Part shown: piece by piece, positions 50,629 through 63,150 of the stretch
Layout of the letters: each line of letters opens with the position of its first letter
Position numbering within the stretch: the stretch's first letter is position 1
The notes under the pieces: model-generated
The model's database searches: none
Seen by the model: the letters and a program-made list of their open reading frames with translations, nothing else
Told to the model about the DNA's origin: nothing
Translations under genes and position numbers: made by a program
Assembly (NCBI GenBank): GCA_964658305.1
Contig: OZ210885.1
Span: 18,104,001 to 18,168,000, forward strand
DNA from: Leptogorgia sarmentosa
Taxonomy: Eukaryota
Direction of reading: 5' to 3'
DNA: 64,000 nucleotides

Positions 50629-51410
50629 CTTTATTCACAGTCTTGAAGAATTCTTCAATATCCTTTGATCGTTCTTCGTTCTTTACATCCATTATAAGCT
50701 GAATTACTGAAATTAGTCTTTCTAAACCTTGTGTTCGCAACGAGTTGAACTCACCATCAGTAACAAAACCTATGAATTACATTATATATACATAGATTAT
50801 AAGTTAGTAGACATAAACAAAAATGGATTATACAAATTGAGCATAACTACAGTCACCATGCCCATCTCTTCCATTGCACTTTTCAATTCATGTTTCAAAT
50901 CGTGAGCATTCTTGTCTGTTAAGCTGGTGTACTTCAGGACACGAACAGGAATGGCATATGGTTTAAAATTTCTTAATTCATCACTTACCATAAATATAAG
51001 GATGTGAGAAGCTGCTACTCTTGTCTTTGTTGTAATACCTTAAAGAACAAAATCATGGGTTTTACAGCACTATAATGTACAGTATGATATGGTTGCTATA
51101 TATATGTTGAAACAATATTATTGAATATAAGGCCTGTTTCAATCGTCGAACTTAATGCAATTCAGACAAAGGATAATGAGCTGATAATGAGGCAAGTTAT
51201 CTCATTATCTATTGTTTTAATTGCATTATAGTTCGACGTCTGAAACAGGCCTAAGTCAAAAGGACGGCATTTGGTATGAGTATTTGTACGATAATATGCC
51301 ATTAATTAAGTATTATACCTACATACTCCAGCAATTCTTTACGCAGATTAGCAAGAATTGAACCAATGTTCATGGACTGGGTGTTTCTCATGTTCTTCAT
51401 TGTCTGTGTA
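50629..51410 (-). pseudogene. Exons of an unassigned, possibly P-element-like DDE transposase
   Basis: ASHILIFMVSDELRNFKPYAIPV and GFVTDGEFNSLR in GT-AG bounded exons; cut by the Gypsy LTR at 51422. Confidence 0.4.
51131..51251. mobile_element. Harbinger-type MITE with TAA TSD
   Basis: TAA|GGCCTGTTTCA...TGAAACAGGCC|TAA; related to 47455-47580. Confidence 0.85.
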
Positions 51411-52599
51411 AGGGTTACGTTTGTTATATGTTAATTATGTATGTAATTATTTTAGATAGGATAGGTTATATATTGCTTTGTGTAAGCTAGATTGGAGTTA
51501 GTTATTAAATGTTTAACATGGTGTCAGGAGTGGGATTTGGTGTGAAAATATATACTACAGACTTTAATTCTTCGAATACTGAAGATATGTACAAAAATAT
51601 TTAAAGCTAATGTAAAATTAAATTAATTAAGATAAACGAATGCATGTTCTTACTGTTTAAATGTATGTCATCTAAGCTGTGATTATTACGGTGGCCCGCA
51701 AGGGCCACCTCTTCTCTGTGCAAATGTATTGATGTTCTGTGAAAATGAAGTTTCTTCTTTGCGTAAATGCAATGCTTCTGCGTACAAAACAAGCAGCTCC
51801 ATATAAATGTGCCTGTTCTTTCTGCAAACACGGTTGTTCTCTAAAAGAATTCACACTAGCTAAGTGCATGCACGCGACCTTCTACAAAATAATGTACTTA
51901 GTGGCACTTTTGGGGCACCTCTTCTGCGTAGAAACATACGCTTTCTCTGCAGCGATGAACCTCTTCTCTGTGACAACATTGTGCTTCCACTTCAAACCAC
52001 CGCATTCCTTGGAAATTTTTTTTGCATCGTTCAAAAATAAATTTCAAAAATATGTGAAAAAAACACATCAGGGGGGTGTGGAAAAGACTAGAATGGAAGC
52101 ATTTGCGTAATTCAGAATCGAATTATAATAATTTACTGTAAAGTTTTTGTTCCTCGGTGCTGAAGCATGAGCTGAAGTTTGAAATTTAAACACGTTATCA
52201 CAATGGAAAATGGTAATTATTTATGTTTACTTTTACTTGTCAAATGTAACAGAATTAAGTTGAACAATTTCAATTCAAATACTTTTTATGGCGTAATAAT
52301 TATTGACTGAGGTCGATTTAATTGTATTTTTAGCGGATAAATGCTTGCATTGTAAACAAGAACCTTTCTTCGAGGAAGCCATTCGAATTTGGCATAAGCA
52401 ACATACATTAGTATGTCGTAAGACGTAATGTCATAACTTTTCAATATACGTCAAGATTACGTCATAATATAGTATTTGTCTTTTACCAAACGGATATGAC
52501 GATTTCATCCACCATTAATTATAACCAGTGAAAACCCTTGAATTATTTTAATAGGTGATATAGTATACAATACATACAATGTATCTTTAATATAGAAAG

Positions 52600-53918
52600 C
52601 TCTCAATCACCAACACATGAAAGAGAACTGATAAAATATTACTTCGATTGTGGTTATCCTTACGAAGTCATCGTGGACTTCCTTTGTAAACATCATGGCA
52701 TTTCAATCAGTATGCGAACTCTCAAAAGACGGCTTCATGCCTATGGTTTAAAGAAGAAAGGCCATGTACTGGATGTTGGACAGGTACGGGACTTGGTTAA
52801 AGTCGAAATGGCCCATGCTGGTGCACAGTCTGGGTACCGTTCAATTTGGCATGCTCTCCGACATATTCACAAAATTCACCCTCCTAGAAAAATGGTAGCT
52901 GATATCCTAAGGGAACTAGATCCTGAAGCAAGCGAAACACGAAAGTCAAGAAGATTAAGAAGAAGAAAATACCTGTCCTCAGGACCCAATTATTGTTGGC
53001 ATGTTGATGGTAGGTTAATAAATATCTTTTACATATGGTATGTATATTATGGTAAATTTTACAAGGTTATATCTTTTATAAGTTATATCTAGCAGTGGTT
53101 ATATCTATAATTATATGAATACAGTTAATATCTGAAATATAAATTTCGCTAGGGTATGACAAGTTAAAGCCATTTGGCTTTCCCATCCATGCCGGAATTG
53201 ATGGATATAGTCGTAAGATTCTATGGCTGGAGGTTGTACGGTCAAATAACCTACCAAATATCCCTGCACAGCTTTATTTGAATAGTGTCAAGGAATTGAA
53301 AGGTTGTCCTATCATCGTAAGAACTGTTTGTGGGACAGAAAATGGAATGCTTGCTGCCATGCAAAGTTATTTCCGTAGTGATGGCGCTGACAATTTTGCT
53401 GGGGAGAGGGCTCACCAATATGGTACATCAACCAGAACCAAAGGATTGAAAATTTTTGGTCGCATTTCAGGAAAATGAGGTCACACTGGTGGATTAATTT
53501 TTTTAAGGATATGGTCAGTTCAGGGGTGGTGGATCTTGATAGTGAGTTACAAAAGGAATGTCTTTGGTTTTGCTTCTACAGTGTTTTAAATGAAGATCTG
53601 CAGAAATTTAAGGAGTGTTGGAACTCTCATCATATTAGACCATCAAGGCATGACTGTGTTTCAGGATCACCAAATATTCTTTTCTATTTGCCTGAAAGAT
53701 CAGGAGGTGTGGATAATTTACAGGCAGTTACACATGCTAAAATTTTCGAAATGGAACAGCAACATACCATAGATGAAGAAGAAAACAATTATCAAGACTA
53801 TTTTCATTATGTTATGGAAAATGAAAGCTTGCAATATCCAACCAATGCTGAGCAAGCATTTAATACCTTACAAAAATTGCTGAGTATTGCTTTACCAACA
53901 GAACCTGACAATCATTAA
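52600..53918 (+). pseudogene. IS3EU transposase, spliced, inactivated
   Basis: WHVD|GYDKLKPFGFPIHAGIDGYSRKILWL with intron 53010-53152; RTVCGTEN (Val at the second Asp position); frameshift before NQRIENFW. Confidence 0.9.
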
Positions 53919-54116
53919 TCATTTCCAAATTAAACTAATATACAGTATACACATAGTAATTAAACTAATATACAGTATACACATATGCATAGTAAATAAA
54001 CACTGTAAAGCTATTTTTTGCAATTGCAGAACAGAACCCAATGACAACAGCATTGTATATTATCAATATCATGTAATGTCAATTTTAGTCACCATTTGTG
54101 TCACCTTCAAACGTTT

Positions 54117-57034
54117 TTACAGATTCCCAAAACCAATTCCCTCAACCATGGCAGAATCTAAATATTTCTTGAATTCTTCAGCACCAGAATAATGCACTGG
54201 AAAAGTAATGCTAAGATCACAAGTTGATGTTGTTGGCCTGCACTTGCATTCTGCTGGGCAACCGTGCTTAAACTTAACAGTTATTCCTTTTGATAACCCA
54301 AGTGGTGGAACTGACCCAGTACCAGTAATGAACTTGAACAATTTTGTAAGCACATCTACATTACCTACAAACAGAAAAAGAAGCTAGCAAGAATTTTTTA
54401 TGTTTGATTGCACATCTTCATTTATTGCCTACTTACCAGAACATTCACAGTCTTCTATGAAGTCAGTAAAATATTTATAAACATCAACCTCAACCATTTT
54501 GACATTTGAACCATGTTCACTGAAATTGCCCATCATATTGCCAAGGAAGGTGTCAGCATTTGGTTTGAAAAACGATGATGCAGTATTGAATACAGGTTCT
54601 AGGAGTTGTGGATTTTTTTTTCATAGAATCCAGAATGCCAAATAACTGTAAACCATAACTTATTTGATCTAGCATTGGAATTCTTTTACTAAATTCGTAG
54701 GTAACAATTGCTCTAATGAAAACAACGAAAATGCGTTCATTGAAATGTAATGTCAAAAATAAAACTGATTTAAATTTGGAGTTACCTTATAATGTCATCT
54801 CTTGAAGATAGTGTTTCCCTTGTAACAATTCCACGATATCCTATCATGTCAAGTACATCAAAAACAGCTTCTGACAACAGAGCTTCTCTAAATCCATCAT
54901 CATCTTCACAACCTTTCAACTACAATTTTTGAAAAAAAAATCTAGTTATCCATAAAGTGGGTCCTGGGGGACCTAAAACCCTGCCTTCATGTTGAAAAAC
55001 AGTTGGATTTTTTTTATTGATATTATGATAGAGTAAACATTCTTTTTTTTTTCATGACTATAATGGTCAAATTTTAAAACCAACAACATTAACTTCATTT
55101 TTTAATTATTTTTGATTTTGTGTGTTTTCTTAACAAGTGATGGATAAAGGGGGACCCATTGGGTTCACCCTTTAGAACATGTCCCAACATTGAAAATTAA
55201 ATAATACATACTTTGTCAATGGCAGTTTTCAATAGCACATCTTCTACAGTGACAGAATCAGTTTTAAGACTCTGGATACCACTTGCAAGATACAAGAATG
55301 AAGATGCATTTAATATATTTGGAGCTGGTCCACCTTGTGCAATGGAGGAAGCCATGACTTCACCAGCAACAACAAATTCTTCACTTCCAAGGGCAACCAT
55401 ATTGATGACAGGAAAACCATTTTGGAAAAGTCGCCTACCAATTTCATCAAGGGCCTCTAAAAGGAGGAAACTCCATATTAGAAAATTTAATGACAAAAAA
55501 GATGAAGTTAAATTTTGCATAATTTTTAATTAACATCCTATAATAAAAGGCCCTGGAAACTATATGGTACCCTACCAGAAAAGAATTCACGCCGGGGCCC
55601 ACCATCGTCAACTGCCGGCTCTCCAATGAAAGTAAACTTCAACTGGCCTTTAGGGTGAAAACGATTCCTCAGCTTCAGCTTTTCGCGAGCTGTCATGTAA
55701 TCTTTAAAAACAAATCTTCTTCTGATTGATATCCGGTTAACAGCTTCAGTGTCCACCAATTTATTTGCACATGATATCACATCTTCTATTTTGTCAATCC
55801 AAATCAAACTACTATTTGGATCATCTACATTGTGAACATCATTCGTTTCACAATCAACAGCAAGAACATCATCATCATCAATTGTTTTGACCTGATTCTC
55901 AACAGCACCAACAAAGTCAAATTGTTCAGAACAAATATCAGCATGATATTCAATTTCACTGGTTGGGAAATCAAGATAACACATTGGGCATTTCACTTTG
56001 GTTTCTGATGTGCTTTTTTCATCATTTTTAATGAGGGAGATGACTTGTGAAGAATTAGGTTTTTTATCAACAATAGTACAAAATGGACGAATAGGACATG
56101 TAATTGTAGTACTTTTGTCAATGGAGGAATTCTTTTCAAGGTAGCTCTTTGCAAGGACTGCATCATCAATGCTATCACAATCTGATTCTAAGTCAACTTT
56201 TTCCAAACATTGCTTTTGGCATATGTACAATAAAATCTTGGAATAGGGTTTTCCTAACTCTTCTTTGTAGCGTTCCAATGTGAAGTCTTCTAATGTACCA
56301 GGAAGCTTATCGATGATGGTATTGTCAGGGTAGAGCAATACATAATGGTCATATTGGTTAAATGAACGAAAATGTTTAGCATGTTTATCAGTTGCTTCTT
56401 CAAGAAGTTGCTTTGCATTAGTGTTTGCTTTAACAGAAACTGGAAGGGATCGTCCTTTTAATATTTTGAGGGTACCATCGCTTTCATGGAACTCTTTAAT
56501 ACCAATTTGTATCTTGACCTTATCTGGAATATTTCCCTTAGACTTAGTGAACTTGCCTTTTTTTGCATGATTGGGCAAAGTTGTTATTCTATCAATGGCT
56601 TTTCTTTTACAAAAATCTTCATATGACAGAGATCGTGGAGCTACTGATGATGTTGCTGAAGTCAACGCTGCTGGAGGAGCTGTAATGTGAAATATTGACA
56701 ATGTAATTCATGACAAATAAAGGGCCATTGAATCATCAGGGTGTATAGGGGGAAGGGAAGGGGCGTCTGATAATCTAATCCGGCTGAAAATAAGCGTGTA
56801 ATAAACTGCCATGCTGTCAAGCCATGTTATATAAATGTATTAAAATAATACTGTATACTTTGTGTACATAATCTATAAATATACAAATTGCATAAAAATT
56901 AAAACTGATGAACATACGCACATAACATTGTCAATTTGGTACTTACAATTGCAGTCGGGAAGTCTCTTCCCACATCTCCCACAAAAATTGTTATCGTCCG
57001 TGAAACTTTTTCCGCAATTTTCGCAATGCCTCAT
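54117..57034 (-). pseudogene. Zn-ribbon + ubiquitin-like + UBZ + HECT (G2E3-like) E3 ligase cargo gene, multi-exon
   Basis: MRHCENCG..FCGRCG; LLYPD...FTLERYKE; CPMC..FPTSEIEYHADIC; FIGEPAVDDGGPRREFF; QGGPAP; KFITGTGSVPPLG..PTTSTC...GFG*. Probable frameshift in the A-run at ~54615. Confidence 0.88.
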
Positions 57035-58973
57035 CGTAAAATTTGAAAGTTTTGCGTATACGAGTTTACGAGCACATGTTCATTTATTATTGATGTTTCC
57101 ACACCCCCCTGATGTGTTTTTTTCACATACTTTTGAAATTTATTTTTTTGAATGATGCCAAATAAAATTTCCAAGGAATGCGGTGGTTTGAAGTGGAAGC
57201 ACAATGTTGTCACGGAGAAGAGGTTCATCGCCGCAGAGAAAGCATATGTTTCTACGCAGAAGAGGTGCCCCAAAAGTGCCACTAAGTACATTATTTTGTA
57301 GAAGGTCGCGTGCGTGCACTTAGCTAGTGTGAATTCTTTTAGAGAACAACCGTGTTTGCAGAAAGAACAGGCACATTTATATGGAGCTGCTTGTTTTGTA
57401 CGCAGAAGCATTGCATTTACGCAAAGAAGAAACTTCATTTTCACAGAACATCAATACATTTGCACAGAGAAGAGGTAGCCCTTGCGGGCCACCGTAGATT
57501 ATACACAATTTGTTAATATGTTTTACCACAATTAAGGCTAGTTCGTCTTTTAGGCTTACATTCCCAAAAAAAGTGGACAAAGATAAAGCGATGGCATGTC
57601 TAAGAGCTAATCTTCCACCAGCTGTAAGAACAGTATACAAATACAGTTTGGGCCTTGAGGAAGCGAGTATTGGCGTTGCTGATGAGAGACAGAAGTTTCT
57701 TCGCTTATTTCAGCAGGAAAATGACTCAATTGGTGTTTGGGAATCTCGGGTACGAAATCAGGGTGCGCAATGCAAATATGAAAGCTTTGCTGACGGAATA
57801 ATGAGGGACCAATTTATCGCTGACCTCGTGTCTGAAACACTACGAGTCAAATTAATTGGGAAAGGACATAGACATTGAGAAAGTCCTCATGCGAAAGTAA
57901 CTCTTTGAGAAGTTGTAGAAATCGCGAAGGCTTTCGAGGCGACAACACTTACGAATCAACTGATGAAAACAGTGAGAGGATCACAAGAGCAAGTCAATTA
58001 CAACAGCAAGATCAAAGATCAAGCGGGCAAGCAAGCAAATCGTGGCGAAGAACAAAAGACGCCAACACAGCTTTGTTCTTGGTGTGAGAATAATCATCGA
58101 AGTGCAATAACTGTGGCATATTTGGGCATTTCGCACGAGCGTGTAGAAAGGGATCCAGAAACAAAGGAAGAGACCAACAGACCCATCAAATCCAAGAGGA
58201 ATCGGCAGAAGATTTATTTGCAACTGAGCATTCAGGATTGCAATATCAAATAGGAAAAGAACAAGGAACAAAATTTTTTGCAAATTTGAAGATGATAGAA
58301 AAAAATAGAGAAATAATCATGAAGACACAAATTGATTCAGCGTCGACATGTAACACTATACCAGAAAGTCACCTTTTAAAATTATTTCCGAACTGCAAAA
58401 TACAAAAGGCTATAGTGCAAACTTACGGAAGTCAGACAATTAAACCAAAAGGACAGATAACCCTTTGTTGTGAGAAGGATGGAAAGATACATTTAGTTGA
58501 TTTCCTTGTATTAGATGTGCCCTCAGACAACCCACCGCTACTATGTGGACGAGATGCACAAACATTTGGTTATTTGAAAATATATGCAGACGAGGTATAT
58601 ACGCAGACCATCAATAAAGCAATTAAGAGACCATACCGACCATTGAAGAGAAACTCCCATTGCTCACAAACGCGAATGTTTTCACAACTGTTGATGTCTC
58701 CGAAGCTTTTCACACCATCGAATTAGACACTTGATTCACACCATTGATTTCTGATGACATTTCAAGGCCCGAATGGTCGATATTGCTATACACGCATGCC
58801 ATTTGTCATCTCGTCGGGGCCAGAGGAGTATCAGCTGCGTCAACACGAGTTTCTAGAGGATCTAAAAGGGGTTATAAACATAGCTGATGACATATGCATA
58901 TTTGGCTGTGGAAACACTAAAGAGGAAGCCGACCAAGATCATGATAAGAATCTGATAGCTTTATTAGACAAAT

Positions 58974-59141
58974 CGTCAGCTGAGAATTAACAAGGTCTAT
59001 CTACATTCTGAGTAGTTGGGAGAAGATCGCTTCTGAACTTTCCAAATCTCAAACCACAGTTGTATACCTAAATTTATATTAAAAGTGATCTTCTCCCAAC
59101 TACTCAGAATGCAGATAGACCTTGTTAATCCTCAGCTGACG
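58974..59141. mobile_element. 168-bp palindromic MITE, copy 2 (4-bp TSD AAAT)
   Basis: Same sequence as 2282-2449 with few substitutions; removal restores LLDKCSKLGL in the Gypsy RT. Confidence 0.92.
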
Positions 59142-61303
59142 AAATGCAGCAAGCTTGGCTTGCGATTGTCATCAAAGAAAATTCAATTCAAGTCCAAATC
59201 GGTGACGTTTATGGGACATAAATTAACGGATAAAGTAATCGCTCCTAATCCATCTAAAGTAATGGCCGTAAAGGAAATGCCAAGGCCAATCGATAAAGCA
59301 GGAGTACAGCAGTTTCTCGGAATGTGTCAGTATCTTTCCAAGTTTGTTCCGAATCTCAGGGAAACAGTCCTTCCCCTGAGAGAATTAACAAAACAAGATA
59401 TGGAATTTATGTGGACCAGGACCCAAGAAGATGCTTTTCAGAGAGCTAAGGATCTTATTTCTAATGATACGGTTCTTTGGTACTATGACGTGAGCAAACC
59501 TGTAACTTTGCAAGTTGATGCATCGGAAGAAGCAATAGGTGGAGCATTACTGCAGGATGGTCAACCGATGTGCTTTACATCACATAGCTTGGATTCACTG
59601 AAAAGAACTATGCTCAAATTGAGAAAGAGTGTCTAGCAATTGTAACGTGTATGAACAAATGGCATCAATACCTATTTGGAAAAAATATATTACTGTGCAC
59701 ACCGATCACCAACCGTTACAGACCATCTTCAAGAAACCATTGTGTAAAGCTCCCCGGCGGTTACAAAGAATGATGTTGAAATTACAACAGTACACTTTTA
59801 CAGTACAATACAAGAAGGGCAAAGAAATGTATATAGCAGACACTTTATCGCGAGCGTCGTTAACCAAACCTACAGCTGCTAGAGCTCAAGATTGGAAAGT
59901 CTTTCGTATTGAACTTGCAACGATGAATGTAAAGCCAACAACGCTAACACCAAATACATTCCAGAGATTACAGAGAGAAACATTCATAGATCCGACATCA
60001 AAAGCATTGCACAAGATGGTCATGACGGGATGGCCACCAAATAAGTCAGCCGTTCCAGTCGATCTTCTGCCGTATTGGAGTTTCAGAGTTGAAATATCGA
60101 CGTATGAAGGAGTCCTAGTTAAAGCACATCAGGTAATTATTCCTGCTGTGTTAAGAAGAGAGATGTTACAAAAGATTCACCGTGCACACCAAGGACCAGA
60201 GAGCAGTATCCGACGAGCAAGAGAGGCGATGTTTTGCCTAGGTATGCAAGCGGCCATTTGAGAAACATGTCAAGCCTGTGGAACATGCGCTCAGTATTTG
60301 ACTCAGAGATCAGTAGAGCCAATGCAGTCCTATGATATTCCAATGCTCCCATGGAGCAAAGTAAGTGTTGACATATTCGGTCTGGATGGAAAACAATATC
60401 TTGTGACTGTAGATCATTACAGTGAATTCTTTGAGATAGACTCACTACAGACTACCCACACAAGTACAGTTATTCGAGCAATGAAGAAAAACGTCGCAAG
60501 ATTTAGCAACATACCTCATGAATGTTTGAGTGATAATGGACCTCAATTTGACAGCCACGAAAAAGCGCTGGGGAATGGTGACGAGGAAGTAGAGAAAAGG
60601 GTCGGCGGGATAGCCTGCCAAAAACCGAACTGTACGGACGAGATAATTCACCCTTTGGACATGAAAATTCACCCCGGGTCCCACAGGTGTTGTTTTGCTT
60701 TCAATATGGTGTCGTGTGAGTTCAAGTAAAAAATTCCAATATACCAACACAGCAAAATTCCTGTGTGCAGTGATGCATACAGGAAAATACAAAAGGGAGT
60801 AAAAGAAAAGCAGTTGACTATCGAACAAAAATCTTCCGAAGTCGAAAACCTGCTGTCTGATTTTGAAAATCTCCAAGTTGGCAAGTCGGGTGAACGTGTG
60901 GATCAGGATCTGATTGAGGTCGATGGTGGAGAACTGAAGACTGCGAAAAGTTCGCACCGAAGCTTAATCGTTACTCCAGGGGGAACAAAAAGGAAAGGTA
61001 AGTAACTCTGTTCAAGTGGAACGTTTTTTTCTTGATTAAAAGTGACTTATGTAAGCATATTATACATTTTTAGTGAACACTTCGCATTCACAATTTAAAG
61101 GCCAGCTGGAGAAAGCATTGGAAAAAGTGGTGAAGAGAGATGCAACTTCAGAAGTTCTTGTGGAAGATCTTCTTGGAAGATTGCAAACCCAGATCTTGGA
61201 AACAAGGCATTTGAATTGTATTTGAATTTTAAAGACGTGCTAAAGGTTTCTTGTGTGCTCCATTTAGGATGAAGTTTGAAAATTTCAAATGAGTGATAAT
61301 ATG

Positions 61304-61608
61304 TATTATATTATACATTGTAGATGGTAAAAGCAATCTGATTGGCTACGAGCATACAGTTAAATCGCGCAATCACGCAACCCACAGCAAATCCAGTTAT
61401 CTGCTAGCAGATAACTAATTAGGTACAAAATGAGCCTATGTTTTCATAAATAAAGTTTTACATGCGTTAATACTTTGTTTATTATTCATCAAATGTATAA
61501 TAAAACAATTATTGAATTCGGTTTTTGTGATATGCAAAATTATCAAGGTTGAGGTACCTCAACCTTGATAATTCCGCATATCACAAAAACCTCATCCAAT
61601 AATTGTTA
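61304..61608. repeat. Nested palindromic repeat with a ~100-bp hairpin (Crypton-like non-autonomous element, tentative)
   Basis: AACAATTATTG...ATCAAGGTTGAGGTACCTCAACCTTGAT...CAATAATTGTT at 61504-61607; outer pair TTATACATT / AATGTATAA. Confidence 0.45.
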
Positions 61609-62001
61609 ATCAATATGTGTCCCAAATTGTTTCAGAATACAAAACTGGTTCTCCTATAGCTAAAGTAGCACGAGGTAAATTTTCTATAGGCTGTGATGCA
61701 GTGGTAGTAGTTTTTTACAGGTAGTATAGAATGGTACTTAATTGAATTGAAAAGTGGAACCCTGTTCTGACTGATTTTTTGTTGGATATTTGATGACTAC
61801 ATATAAATGTAAAATATATTTGACCTGTTAAGATTTTATTTACCCATGAACATATGCCTTTTTTCATCAGCTCAACATTTACCACAGAGAAAGTGCAGGG
61901 GAAAACTTGATTTTGGAGGTATAACAAGTTGACAAGTGAAAACGTATTTCCTCAATTATTATCATTAGGGACAAGAAATTTTAAATTGTCATCGAGATGC
62001 A

Positions 62002-62540
62002 TAATAATAATAATCTTTATTTCATCGATAAAATACATATCGTATGTTACATGGTAAAAAGTTTCCACCTCTATTTACAACTGTTTTGATTAACTATTTT
62101 CTAAAATCTAAATTCCCAACTCGTGTTCAAAAATTAACCGATTCTAAAAACAGTTCTTATACCTAGTAGTGTTTATCTTTGGCTTCGGGATATGTTCAGT
62201 TCTGAGATTATGTCCAGTACTTCTTATCTTCGGCAAGAACTCATATAATGGATGGTTCTCTAAAATCCTAACCTTGTTAAAAATCCTTTTATCTTGTTGG
62301 TTTAACAATAATTTAATGTCAATTGGCTTAGAGATATAGCCACGCTTTTTGCAGCGATCTAAAAACTGCTGAACACTAGAAAGTTCTGGATTTGAGGCTC
62401 CATACACTGACAATCCATATGTGATGTTAGGCATAACCAAAGCTTGAAATAAATGGTCTATTTCATTCTGGTTGTAACCTTCCTTTCGTAAAGTCCTTAA
62501 CACAAATAGAGATTTGTTGGCTTTGCATAGTTTATTTTTA
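62002..62540 (-). mobile_element. 3' end of an L2/Crack-like LINE
   Basis: LCKANKSLFVLRTLR...YGLSVYG...HPLYEFLP...RYKNCF, then ATAAAG and a (ATT)n tail. Confidence 0.8.
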
Positions 62541-62639
62541 ATGGGCTATTCCATTTAATATCCGTACCCCCCCTGTCGAGGATAGGTGGAATTCTTTGGG
62601 GCTTATGTAAAAACTACATGGAAATCTTCAGGGGTGAGC

Positions 62640-63150
62640 ATATGATTTAGCATGGAATTCTGCAGGGTGCATGTAAATTTAGCGTGGAATTCTTCAGGGG
62701 TGCGTGTAAATTTAGCATGGAATTCTGCAGGGGGTGCATGTAAATTTAGCATGGAATTCTTCAGGGGGTGTGTGTAAATTTAGCATGGAATTCTTCAGGG
62801 GTGTGTGTAAATTTAGCATGGAATTCTTCAGGGGGTGTGTGTAAATTTAGCGTGGAATTCTTCAGGGGTGCGTGTAAATTTAGCATGGAATTCTGCAGGG
62901 GGTGCATGTAAATTTAGCATGGAATTCTTCAGGGGGTGTGTGTAAATTTAGCATGGAATTCTTCAGGGGTGTGTGTAAATTTAGCATGGAATTCTTCAGG
63001 GGGTGTGTGTAAATTTAGCATGGAATTCTTCAGGGGTGCGTGTAAATTTAGCATGGAATTCTTCAGGGGGTGCATGTAAATTTAGCATGGAATTCTGCAA
63101 GGGGTGCATGTAAATTTAGCATGGAATTCTTCAGGGGTGTGTGTAAATTA
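62640..63150. repeat. Minisatellite, ~15 copies of a 33-34-bp unit, inside a DNA-transposon-like end starting ~62542
   Basis: Head-to-tail unit TGTAAATTTAGCATGGAATTCT(T/G)CAGGGG(G)TG(C/T)(G/A); no unique spacers. Confidence 0.95.

Larger units (their letters stand above)
51687..57496 (+). mobile_element. IS3EU DNA transposon carrying a HECT E3 ligase gene
   Basis: Perfect 6-bp TSD GATTAT at 51681-51686 and 57497-57502; termini TACGGTGGCC...GGCCACCGTA; about 400-bp TIRs. Confidence 0.95.
51422..60558 (+). mobile_element. Decayed Ty3/Gypsy element (5' LTR, gag-pol), split by IS3EU and a MITE, 3' end lost
   Basis: Putative LTR TGTTA..TAACA at 51422-51518 followed by PBS TGGTGTCAGGAGTGGGAT. Then gag (MRDQFI), protease IDSASTCN, RT IADDI, RNase H VDAS, and integrase up to SDNGPQF. 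Confidence 0.88.

Noticed and set aside
51739..52110. Duplicated ORF (also 57031-57444) as a gene pair
   Set aside because: Both are incidental frames in the two ~400-bp TIRs, starting at GTG.
60560..61260. Exon-like frames after the truncated Gypsy
   Set aside because: No recognisable motif, an internal stop, and no defined termini.
62640..63150. CRISPR-like array
   Set aside because: Units are head-to-tail with no unique spacers; no cas genes; eukaryotic context.
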